From Candidatus Dormiibacterota bacterium (GTDB taxonomy: Bacteria; Chloroflexota; Dormibacteria; Dormibacterales; Dormibacteraceae), in NCBI GenBank assembly GCA_035538475.1, contig DATLKH010000373.1:1-39183 (forward strand): a stretch of DNA of 39,183 bases. The letters are read 5' to 3'. Below, one piece after another: positions 16,201 to 23,644 of this stretch (the first letter of the stretch is position 1; every line of letters begins with the position of its first letter). A model generated the notes under the pieces. The model was given only the letters and a program-made list of their open reading frames with translations. It did not search any database and was not told where the DNA came from. The position numbers and the translations under genes were made by a program.

Positions 16201-17998
16201 GCATCATGCTGTCCGAGCCGGCGGGGATGAATCGAGATTTGGCCGGATCGAACAGGTCCTGGTCGACCTGCACGCCGTAGAACGCCGCTTTGTCCAAGGA
16301 CGTCGGGATGTAGCCGGTGGCGTTGAATTCGAGGCGCAGGTCGGGGCCCATGCCGAGCAGGAAGATGTCGCGCAGGATCGGTCCGTTTGCGTCATAGCCG
16401 ACGACCTCCGCGATCTGCGCGATCTTTCGGCGGCCGTCAGGCATGCGGGCCTGGTGCACGATCAGGTTCACTGCGGACGCGATCTGCGCGCGCACTGCTT
16501 CGAACGGAATGTCGATCGACGCCATCATCACCATCGTCTCGAGACGTGACAGCGCGTCGCGCGCGGAGTTGGAGTGAATCGTGGACATCGATCCGTCGTG
16601 ACCGGTGTTCATCGCCTGCAGCATGTCCAGCGCCTCGGCACCGCGGACCTCACCGACGAGGATGCGGTCGGGGCGCATTCGAAGGCTGTTGCGCAACAGT
16701 TGACGAATCGTCAGCTCGCCTTTGCCTTCGACGTTCGGTGGACGGTGCTCGAGCGCGATGACGTGCGGGTGATCGATCTGCAGCTCAGCCGCGTCTTCGA
16801 TCGTGATGACGCGCTGGTTGTGCGGGATGAAGCGCGCAACCACGTTCAGCGTGGTCGTCTTGCCGGAACCCGTGCCTCCGGAAACCAGGATGTTCATGCG
16901 CCCGAGCACGGCCGCTTCGAGGAACTCCGCCATGGCGGGACTCAAGCTCCCTTCGTGCTTGAGGTCCTCCATGCCCAGAACCGCGTCCTTGAACTTGCGG
17001 ATCGTGAGGGCGGGGCCGTGGATGGCGGCGGGCCGGATGATGGCGTTGACGCGGCTGCCGTCGGGAAGACGGGCGTCAACCATCGGATTCAAGCCGTCGA
17101 TGTGACGCCCGGTGGTGGCGACCATTCGCCGGATGGTTTCCAGCAGCTGGTTCTCGTCCTCGAAGCGAACGTCGGCTTTGGTGATCACACCACGGCGCTC
17201 GATGAAGATCTGGTCCGGACCGTTGACCATGATCTCGCTCACCGAGCGGTCGTGCAGCAGGCTGTCGAGCGGGCCGTAACCGACGGCGGCGCGCAGGATG
17301 ATGTCGGCGAGGGCCGACTTCTCCTGGGCGTTGAGCGTGATCCCGTCTTCGAGCAGGAAGCGATCGAGGTGCGTGCGCACGGCGCGCGAGAAGGCCATCG
17401 TGTCGCCGGTCGTGAGGCCGACATCGCGGATGAGGGCGAGGCGGTCTCTGAAATCGTTCGCGAGCTTGTTCAGGTCGCGGCCCTGACGAGCCGCGGCGGC
17501 GAGGATGTCGGATCGGCGCCGCTGCGGCTGTCCGGGCGGCGCGGCCGGCGCGGCCCACATTTCGACGAACTGCATCTCGAGCAGCGAGGGCGAGGCGGCC
17601 AGGGCCGGGATGACCCGGTTCACTTCGGTCAGCCGGATCTTGATCGCAATGCCCTCGGCTTCCTGGGTGACCCCCTGCTCGATGTATGCCGCGATCCACT
17701 CGCCATCGCGGAAGCGAAGGATCGCTTTGCGCGCCTGAGTCTTGTCCCCAGGGTCAGGCTCGAGCTCGGGATCTTCGACCGACCCGAAAACGACGTACTT
17801 GATGTCGCGCGTGGGAATGAATCGTGGTCGCTCGGCGTCAGGTGTCGGGTAGAGCGGATAGCCTTCGCCGCCGTCGAGAATGCGCGAATCGGATTCACCT
17901 TCCTCGAGCCCGCCGTCGAGCCGGTGGACGACCACTTTGAAGCGCATGGGTCCACCTTCAGATTTCCCGGACGGAGGCGCCGTGACGACCTCGCTCAT
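13199..17998 (-). CDS. 1,599-aa multidomain fusion: unknown N-domain, TadA/CpaF secretion ATPase, Pro/Ala linker, wHTH-like segment, class III adenylate cyclase, degenerate STAND (AAA_16-like) NTPase, TPR
   Basis: CpaF core: [17 protein letters not shown], Walker [10 protein letters not shown] (nt 16856-16879), [42 protein letters not shown]. Cyclase: [58 protein letters not shown]: FVDRDQE...[28 protein letters not shown]. All lie in one frame with no stop. GGAG sits 9 nt upstream of the ATG at 17998. Confidence 0.85.
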   Translation of the reverse strand: MSEVVTAPPSGKSEGGPMRFKVVVHRLDGGLEEGESDSRILDGGEGYPLYPTPDAERPRFIPTRDIKYVVFGSVEDPELEPDPGDKTQARKAILRFRDGEWIAAYIEQGVTQEAEGIAIKIRLTEVNRVIPALAASPSLLEMQFVEMWAAPAAPPGQPQRRRSDILAAAARQGRDLNKLANDFRDRLALIRDVGLTTGDTMAFSRAVRTHLDRFLLEDGITLNAQEKSALADIILRAAVGYGPLDSLLHDRSVSEIMVNGPDQIFIERRGVITKADVRFEDENQLLETIRRMVATTGRHIDGLNPMVDARLPDGSRVNAIIRPAAIHGPALTIRKFKDAVLGMEDLKHEGSLSPAMAEFLEAAVLGRMNILVSGGTGSGKTTTLNVVARFIPHNQRVITIEDAAELQIDHPHVIALEHRPPNVEGKGELTIRQLLRNSLRMRPDRILVGEVRGAEALDMLQAMNTGHDGSMSTIHSNSARDALSRLETMVMMASIDIPFEAVRAQIASAVNLIVHQARMPDGRRKIAQIAEVVGYDANGPILRDIFLLGMGPDLRLEFNATGYIPTSLDKAAFYGVQVDQDLFDPAKSRFIPAGSDSMMPVVKDPLISGQGKAEPNVVRQVVVVPFSSERPAAAAPAAPAAAAPAQTPEMQEEMRKLIDAARAAVADLQAAAPQTPAEPQAAPAAALPPAAYAPPPPAGVAPVAPVVSAAPQVIYPPELTTPIPGFPSALHGAQALEAATAMARATTALGQLAAASSGFSGMLPTVRSNEGSPGPVGASRRIQAVIESIISRRGLSLRLAQPLTDAFEGSELKASDYARESKISKESAGRELRLAVESGLLTAVRYPQGEAGYRASQGLLREIAEGLGQPVNPAGPLTADTIIGSLAVGQTEGTVTIMFTDVEESTKLLSTRGFTASHEIMKAYETIIEEKVAEHAGRRIKGLGDGYMISFGSARHGVECALAIQTAIAEYSKQNPDRKIRIRIGVNTGEVVEEGGDIFGAAVNVAARVAGKAKGGQVLVSEIVRELVGPVAELHFEYRGRYKLKGFPDRWRLHQVTPTEVKEAPKVVAAAEGFVDRDQERLDIRLVMDRAATGAGGVIFLAGAPGIGASRLASEVSAEAQSKGWLVLSGRCLENDGEAYEPFREVLTAAVASATAKTLLEATGHHGSLLALLASNLRQKVRSLPSAAEIPADKLRETLFKSVHEFLKGVQGNRPLMIVLDNLHWADEATVAMLRDLAERSSSSRMVVLGTYWDTELDSSRQFATALSRMLRRRRAQRIAVGRLSDQDVERIAAGLAETPLTPVQLIGIQAATEGNPLFVEHSLFYLSESESMLGGAGHQASFTEEDLELAQSVRGLIGRRIQRLSEPAQRMLVAAAIIGRDFEVSLLEAFGELAGHELRDALDEATRGHFISALGHDRYRFAHDLVRQRVLAGLALPRMQAYHLAVADTLERVYGKLAEQRAAEIAHHLYQAGTAANPGRTASFLLHAARQALAVGAFDDVLRLIDSALQLLPAEQTKERADALSTRAHALWGLGRLEDAKATWRGAIERFEDLGDTKAAAALHRRIAHLENRGEPTDHNGAGPVEATAPVPETEPVS

Positions 17999-18054
17999 GC
18001 CCTAATCTCCGACCCCGGCTGGCGATCCTAACACTGGCTCGATGCGGTTCAGCT

Positions 18055-19056
18055 TCATTGCGAGCCGAAGCGCTCCGGTGGACGTCTGCGATCGAGCACC
18101 CATTTCGAGCCCGGCATGCGTTTGGCCACGCCCTTGACCTCAGCGGCTCGGGACGCGACCGCCGCCGCGCTGCTGTAGCTCGCCGGCTCGACCATCACGA
18201 CGCCGATGGAAACCGACACCAGCGGGCTGCGGAGCATGTTTCCGTTGCGCTCTTCACTTTCGATCCATCCGCGCTCGCGATCGACGGGGTCGTACAGCGC
18301 CGGGATCGCAGCGTCGAAACGCTTGGTGATCTCACTCGCGATCGCCTCCGCAAGTTTCGGCTCGGTGAGGACGACGAAGTCATCGCCGCCCACGTGTCCG
18401 GCGAAATGCTGGGGCGAGTGATTCTCTTCGAGGACCTCGAGGATGATCGTCGCCAGAGTCTTGATCACGTCGTCGCCGCGAAGGAATCCGTAATGGTCGT
18501 TGTAGCTCTTGAACGTGTCGATGTCCGGATAGAGGACCGCGAAACGCTGTCCATGCGCGAGGCGGCGGGTGATCTCGCGCAGGATGTCGCTGTTGCCGCT
18601 CATGCCGGTAAGCGGGCTCAGTCCACGAGCTGTGGTTGCACGCGTCATCACCGCGCGAAGACGCGCCACCAGCTCTTCCGGCATGAAGGGCTTGGTGACG
18701 TAATCGTCGGCGCCGCTCAGAAGGTGCTCGACCTTGTCTTTCAAGGAGTCGCGCACGGTCAGGAACACGACCGGAATCAGCCGAGTCCGGAAGTCCCCAC
18801 GAAGCTCGTTCATGATCTCGTCGCCGGTGACGTCGCCAAGCATCAGGTCGAGCAGGATGATGTCCGGCCGCAGCTCGACCTCCGCTTCGTGCGCGGCGCG
18901 CCCGTTGTTCACGGTCACGCACTCAAACCCTGCGCGCTCGAGCACGCGCTTCACCAGCCGTAGAACCTGGTCGTCGTCGTCGACCGCGAGCACCATGTCG
19001 CGATGCACCAGGACCGCGTGGTGGCGATCGATGGCCGGGCGGTCGGCGATGCTCAC
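18055..19056 (-). CDS. Response regulator (REC) fused to a GGDEF-family domain with a GGDDF active-site variant
   Basis: REC: MVLAVDDDD, DIILLDLML (acceptor Asp), VFLT, DDYVTKPF. GGDEF-like: SPLTGMSGN, YPDIDTFKSYNDHYGFLRGDDVI, HVGGDDFVVL. A GTG at 19056 forms a GTGA overlap with the upstream stop. Confidence 0.85.
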   Translation of the reverse strand: MSIADRPAIDRHHAVLVHRDMVLAVDDDDQVLRLVKRVLERAGFECVTVNNGRAAHEAEVELRPDIILLDLMLGDVTGDEIMNELRGDFRTRLIPVVFLTVRDSLKDKVEHLLSGADDYVTKPFMPEELVARLRAVMTRATTARGLSPLTGMSGNSDILREITRRLAHGQRFAVLYPDIDTFKSYNDHYGFLRGDDVIKTLATIILEVLEENHSPQHFAGHVGGDDFVVLTEPKLAEAIASEITKRFDAAIPALYDPVDRERGWIESEERNGNMLRSPLVSVSIGVVMVEPASYSSAAAVASRAAEVKGVAKRMPGSKWVLDRRRPPERFGSQ

Positions 19057-19268
19057 GCTCCGTCCTCGTGTCCGCGACGCGGCAGTTTCTCCGTGAGCGC
19101 GATCGCGCGCTCGGCTGCGCTGCGGATCTCGTGAATGTCCGCCTTGATCGCCTCCGGATCGTTCGTCTCGTCGGCGATCAGCTCGCTGTAATTCACGATC
19201 ACGGCGAGCAGGTTGCGAAACTCGTGGATCAGCGCTCGGGTCGGGTCTTCAGCCATCGGTCCGCTCAC
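19053..19268 (-). CDS. 71-aa free-standing DHp/HisKA-like phosphoacceptor domain protein
   Basis: ALIHEFRNLLAVIVNYSELI...EIRSAAERAIALTEKL resembles the H-box helix and second helix of HDFNNLL-type histidine kinases. No catalytic domain follows. GTGA overlaps at both ends support real translation. Confidence 0.6.
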   Translation of the reverse strand: MSGPMAEDPTRALIHEFRNLLAVIVNYSELIADETNDPEAIKADIHEIRSAAERAIALTEKLPRRGHEDGA

Positions 19269-19684
19269 AGCCGCTTCACCAAATGCCAGGAATTGACATC
19301 GCCATGGCGCTCGTAACCCAGCTGGTCGAGAATCGATCGGGCGATGGCGAGGCCGCGGCCCCGCTCGCTTTCGTGTCCAGGCATCTCGTTTGTCAGGTGC
19401 TCATGTGCGGCAGCGCCACGGTCCGTAAAAGTGGCCTCGGCCGTGTGGCCGTCGTAACGCAGCACGTACTCGACCTGATGGTCGGTGCCGACGGGGCGTC
19501 CGTGCGTCAACACGTTGCCTCCGATCTCGCCGAGGGCAATCTCGAAGAGCATGAGGGGGCGGTCGTCGACAGGTCGCTCCAGCGTGTCGCGCAGGTTCGC
19601 GAGCGACCTGTGGATGAGGTCGAGTCCGGGATCGACTTCGGTGAGAAATGCCCGAAACTCAAATTTCTCCTGATTACCCTCCAA
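19265..19684 (-). CDS. RsbW/SpoIIAB-like HATPase_c serine kinase (anti-sigma-factor type)
   Basis: N-box EIALGEIGGNVLTHG, G1-like FTDRG, G2 GRGLAIARSILDQLGYE, ~139 aa, immediately downstream of a STAS gene. TTG start at 19684. Confidence 0.8.
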   Translation of the reverse strand: MEGNQEKFEFRAFLTEVDPGLDLIHRSLANLRDTLERPVDDRPLMLFEIALGEIGGNVLTHGRPVGTDHQVEYVLRYDGHTAEATFTDRGAAAHEHLTNEMPGHESERGRGLAIARSILDQLGYERHGDVNSWHLVKRL

Positions 19685-19687
19685 GGC

Positions 19688-20029
19688 TTAAAGCCCGGTG
19701 AGGGCTTCCTCGACGGTCGCGTAATACGGAAAGACGCGGTCGAGCGTCGTCAGCTCGAGCACGACCCGAACCTGCTGGGTGGGTGCGGCCAGGCGAAGCT
19801 CGCCTTCTTTGCTGCGAATCTGCTTCAGGGCGGCGATCACCGATCCCAGGCCGGTCGAGTCGACGAAGCTCACGCCTTCGAGATCGATCACGACTTTCGG
19901 CGATCCGGCCACCGTCGCGTCGTTGATGGCGTCTTTCAAGATCGGCGCGCCGGCCACGTCGAGCCGCCCAGTAGGGGCGACCACCGTGGCGCCGTTGTCA
20001 GCCTGGCGAGTCTGGATTTCGAGGGCCAT
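19688..20029 (-). CDS. STAS-domain anti-sigma-factor antagonist (RsbV/SpoIIAA-like)
   Basis: VVIDLEGVSFVDSTGLGSVIAALK carries the conserved phosphorylatable Ser in DSTGLG, as in RsbV. The ATG at 20029 is preferred; alternatives are 20047 and 20098. Confidence 0.85.
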   Translation of the reverse strand: MALEIQTRQADNGATVVAPTGRLDVAGAPILKDAINDATVAGSPKVVIDLEGVSFVDSTGLGSVIAALKQIRSKEGELRLAAPTQQVRVVLELTTLDRVFPYYATVEEALTGL

Positions 20030-20102
20030 TTGCAGCCGGAAGAGCATATGGCAGATAGTCCCGACTTCAGCCCACTTGAGGTGGCCAACCGCGGCCACGA
20101 TT

Positions 20103-20165
20103 GCGGATCGTCCGGACCATCCGCGATTTTCGGCCGCGTTGGCACGCTTTGGTCCGGACTATCCG
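20103..20165. promoter_or_regulatory. Candidate operator pair in a divergent intergenic region: 22-bp near-palindrome GCGGATCGTCCGGACCATCCGC plus a 14-bp direct-repeat copy 42 bp away
   Basis: GTCCGGACCATCCG (20110-20123) and GTCCGGACTATCCG (20152-20165) match 13/14. The first sits inside a 20/22 palindrome at 20103-20124. Confidence 0.35.
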
Positions 20166-20181
20166 TGTAAAACTCCAGCCC

Positions 20182-21318
20182 GTGACCGGAAGTCCGGCGG
20201 CGGAACGAGTGCTCGTGGTCGACGACGACGAGGCCCTGGCCAGGGTCACCTGCCGAGTGCTGAGGTCCCGAGGCTTCGAGTGTGACGTCGCTCTTTCCGG
20301 CGCAGAAGCCAGGAAGCTGGTTGAGGCGCAGGACTACGCGATCGCGCTCCTCGACGTGAAGCTGCCCGACGAGTCAGGCTACGGGTTGCTCGAGGAGCTT
20401 CGCGCCACCCGGCCGGACATCGCCATCGTGATGATCTCGGGCGTCGACGACCCCGAGCTTGGAAGAGCAGCGCTCGAGCACGGCGCCTATGCCTACCACG
20501 TCAAACCGGTGGGCGGGACGCAGCTGTATCTGCTGGTCGTCAACAACTTGCGCCGGCGCGCGCTCGAGATCGAGAACCGAGCCAACGTCGAGCGGCTCGA
20601 GGGGTTGCTGCGCGAACGAGCCGAGCAAATGCGTCGAGCGGTCGAGCTCCAAGCGGGGATGCTGCCCCCACCTCCATACAAGGAACGTGGTTTCGAGGTC
20701 GCGGCGCACTTTACGGCTGCGCGCGAGATCAGCGGCGATTTCTACGACTGGTACTGCACGCCAGACCAGCGCTTCATGGTCACGCTCGGTGACGTCATGG
20801 GTAAGGGCCTGCCAGCCTCGTTGATGATGGCGACGGCACGGGCGGCGTTGCGTGGTGCTGCGTCGGTTGAGCCGATGGACGTGGGCTTGAAGCAAGCCGC
20901 CGAGGTCATGTCGGCGGCGCTCGAGGTCAACAACGCGTATGTGACTGTCTTCCACTGCCGCTTCGATCCGGACAGCGGCCGGCTCGAGTACATCGACGCC
21001 GGGCACGGGCACGCCCGGTTGCTGCGGGGTGGGACCGGTCAAGAGCTGCTGCCCCTTCGCAGCCTGCCGATTGGAATGTTTCCCGATGCTCCGTACTCAG
21101 TCGGAAGCGCGATCCTGAATCCTGGCGATTCGTTGGTGGTGTTTTCGGATGGGTTGCTCGACCTGCGCCCCGACCTGGCCACCAAAGACGTCCACCTGCC
21201 GTACGAGGTGCGGCGCGCCACCTCCGCGCAACAGATGGTCGACGCCCTGGCTCAGGGAGCGAGAGGCAGAGAGTTGTTCGACGACGTGACCGTGGTCGCG
21301 CTGAGGCGGACCGGCTAG
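20182..21318 (+). CDS. Response regulator (REC) fused to a PP2C/SpoIIE phosphatase (RsbY/RsbU-like)
   Basis: REC: VLVVDDDEALA, AIALLDVKLPDESG, YHVKP. PP2C: ISGDFYDWY, TLGDVMGKGLPASLMMA, VVFSDGLLD, DDVTVVAL. The GTG at 20182 gives a normal REC N-terminus. The ORF-track start at 20101 would translate the repeat region. Confidence 0.85.
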   Translation: MTGSPAAERVLVVDDDEALARVTCRVLRSRGFECDVALSGAEARKLVEAQDYAIALLDVKLPDESGYGLLEELRATRPDIAIVMISGVDDPELGRAALEHGAYAYHVKPVGGTQLYLLVVNNLRRRALEIENRANVERLEGLLRERAEQMRRAVELQAGMLPPPPYKERGFEVAAHFTAAREISGDFYDWYCTPDQRFMVTLGDVMGKGLPASLMMATARAALRGAASVEPMDVGLKQAAEVMSAALEVNNAYVTVFHCRFDPDSGRLEYIDAGHGHARLLRGGTGQELLPLRSLPIGMFPDAPYSVGSAILNPGDSLVVFSDGLLDLRPDLATKDVHLPYEVRRATSAQQMVDALAQGARGRELFDDVTVVALRRTG

Positions 21319-23591
21319 CGCTCCGCCGCCATTTCTTTGGCCGCCATCCACCGCTCGAGCACGGCGGCGACGATGTGCAGCTTGAGCGGTTTCGTTATGT
21401 AGTCGTCCATCCCCGCGGCCAGGCATCGCTCACGCTCACCATCCAGGTTGTCGGCAGTCACGGCGATGATGGGGATGTGACGTCCGCCGCGCTCGTTGCG
21501 GCGCATGCGCCGGCTGGCCTCGTATCCGTCCATCTCCGGCATCTGGCAATCCATGAAAACCATGTCGTAGCGGCCGTTCGCCACCATCGACACGGCTTCA
21601 CCGCCCGTTCCGGCGACGTCGACTTGATAGCCAAGGCGTTCGATCATTCGCACCGCGACTTTCTGGTTGGCCGCGTTGTCGTCGACCACCAGCACGTGCC
21701 CGTGCTTGGGAGTGGTCGAGACCAGCTCCTCGGCCGCGGCCTCGGGGGGTGCGTGCCGGGTGATGACCGTCTGCAAGACGTCGAATAGCTGGGACGGCCT
21801 GATCGGCTTGACCATCTCCGCGTCGACACCGGGCAGCGGCTTTTCCGACCGGCCCGCAGACGTGAGGAGCACCACCGGCAGGTTGCTCAAGGCCGACTCC
21901 TTTCGAATCTGCGCCGCAACCTCCGCGCCGTCCATCTCGGGCATCATCAGATCGACGATGACAACGTCGATGCGATCGTCGCCGGTGGCTGCCTTCCGCA
22001 GCTCGGACAGAGCCTCCTGTCCGCTGCCGAAGGTTCGCTCCTTCATTCCCCACGACCTCACGTAGCGCTCGAGGATCGTGCGGTTCGTCCGGTTGTCGTC
22101 GATGATCGCGACAGCGGTCCCGGCAAGGCTGACCGGGGGGCGTTCGTGCGCCTTCAGAGCCGCCTCCCGGAACAGGGCCGTGAACCAGAAACGGCTGCCT
22201 TCACCCTTCTTGCTCTCGACGCCGATCTCGCCGCCCATCAGCTGAGTGAGCATGCGAGCGATCGCGAGCCCGAGGCCGGTTCCGCCATGGCGTCGCGTCG
22301 TCGAGCTGTCGACCTGGGGATAGACGCTGAAGACGCGCGCGATCTCTTCCTCTGTGAGGCCGATACCTGTGTCCGCCACCGAGAACTCGATCGACACCCC
22401 GGGCCCCTTCGCCTTGCGACTCTGGGCTCGTACCACGACTTCGCCCGAGTTGGTGAACTTCACTGCGTTGGCGACAAGGTTGATGAGGATCTGGCGCAGC
22501 CGGCCCGCGTCGCCGATCACGAGCTCTGGTACGTCCGGTGCCAGGTCGACGATCAGTTCGATGCCCTTGTTCGATGCCGCCTCTGCGTAGAGCTCGGCCG
22601 CTTCTTCGGCCACATGCTTGGGACTGAACTCGATGGTTTCGAGGTGCAAGCGGCCGGCTTCGATTCGCGAGAAGTCGAGGATGTCGTTGATGATCGCCAG
22701 CAGCGAGTCGCCGGACGAGCGGATCGTGTCCACGTACTCGCGCTGCTCGGCGGTGAGCTCGGTGTCGTCCAGCAAGCTCGTCATGCCGATGATGCCGCTC
22801 AGCGGCGTGCGGATCTCGTGGCTCATGGTGGCGAGGAACTCCGACTTCAAGCGAGTCATCTCCTGCAGTTCGACGTTGCGCTGCTCCAGGTTGGAAAGGA
22901 GCTCGGCTTGCTTGGCTCTGGCCGCGGCGGCGGTGTTCTGTTCGACCTTGAGCTGAGCCACGACGCGATGGACGAGGACGCCGAAAGCGACGAGCAGGAG
23001 TGCTTCGAGGACGGCGGGGGCTGGATCTCCAGTCGCTTGGTTGACGAAGGTTACGAACACCAGGTCCGCCACGCCCAGCGCCGCGCCGACGGCGAACTCC
23101 ATCGTCGAGTAATAGAGAGCGAGGAAGATCAGCGGCAGCAAGACGAAGGGGAATGCGAGCACGACGCTCAGCCCAAACTGCACCTCCAGCCCGAACGCGA
23201 CCGCCAGCCCGACGATCGGCGGGACCGCGCGCAGGTATCGAGGGATGCGATCCCACGGCAGCAGGACCAATGAGCTGCCCAGGACTGTGATCGGGAAAGC
23301 GATCCCAACAGCGACCGGTGTGGCCCCCAGCCAGAGTGGGTACATCGCCAGCACAAATCCGGCCACCACCGGAATCGCGGCGACCACGCCGTTCCGCGGG
23401 GCAGTGTCGATTCGCGCCAGCGGTATGATCACGAGCCCCACACCGAGCAGAAAAGCGATGCTCAACGGAAGCGATGTCACAACCGCGGTGAAGCCGTGGG
23501 CGCTGACCAGACCGACGATGGCAATGCCGAGGAAGGGATAAACCCTGCGGCTCAGACCATCTGCGTGAAGCGGAGTGTTGTGTGAATTCAA
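21315..23591 (-). CDS. Membrane-anchored hybrid sensor histidine kinase with two C-terminal receiver domains
   Basis: ~215-aa multi-TM N-terminus, coiled coil, H-box [19 protein letters not shown] boxes ([25 protein letters not shown]), REC1 AIIDDNRTN...[15 protein letters not shown]2 [11 protein letters not shown]...[12 protein letters not shown]...DDYITKP. Confidence 0.9.
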   Translation of the reverse strand: MNSHNTPLHADGLSRRVYPFLGIAIVGLVSAHGFTAVVTSLPLSIAFLLGVGLVIIPLARIDTAPRNGVVAAIPVVAGFVLAMYPLWLGATPVAVGIAFPITVLGSSLVLLPWDRIPRYLRAVPPIVGLAVAFGLEVQFGLSVVLAFPFVLLPLIFLALYYSTMEFAVGAALGVADLVFVTFVNQATGDPAPAVLEALLLVAFGVLVHRVVAQLKVEQNTAAAARAKQAELLSNLEQRNVELQEMTRLKSEFLATMSHEIRTPLSGIIGMTSLLDDTELTAEQREYVDTIRSSGDSLLAIINDILDFSRIEAGRLHLETIEFSPKHVAEEAAELYAEAASNKGIELIVDLAPDVPELVIGDAGRLRQILINLVANAVKFTNSGEVVVRAQSRKAKGPGVSIEFSVADTGIGLTEEEIARVFSVYPQVDSSTTRRHGGTGLGLAIARMLTQLMGGEIGVESKKGEGSRFWFTALFREAALKAHERPPVSLAGTAVAIIDDNRTNRTILERYVRSWGMKERTFGSGQEALSELRKAATGDDRIDVVIVDLMMPEMDGAEVAAQIRKESALSNLPVVLLTSAGRSEKPLPGVDAEMVKPIRPSQLFDVLQTVITRHAPPEAAAEELVSTTPKHGHVLVVDDNAANQKVAVRMIERLGYQVDVAGTGGEAVSMVANGRYDMVFMDCQMPEMDGYEASRRMRRNERGGRHIPIIAVTADNLDGERERCLAAGMDDYITKPLKLHIVAAVLERWMAAKEMAAER

Positions 23592-23644
23592 ATTCAGCCG
23601 CGGGCAGCTTACATAACATCGCCGCCCCCTGAGCAGTCTCAGCG

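Noticed and set aside
17561-17947. A PilZ or MshEN c-di-GMP-binding domain at the N-terminus of the TadA fusion
   Set aside because: No RxxxR...(D/N)xSxxG (PilZ) and no RLGxx(L/V/I)(L/V/I)xxG (MshEN) motif could be found by eye. The domain is reported as unassigned instead.
20101-20181. An N-terminal extension of the REC-PP2C ORF (MRIVRTIRDFRPRWHALVRTIRVK...) with a repeated VRTIR peptide
   Set aside because: The repeat is better explained at the DNA level, as a palindrome plus a direct repeat in a divergent promoter region. The GTG at 20182 gives a standard REC N-terminus.
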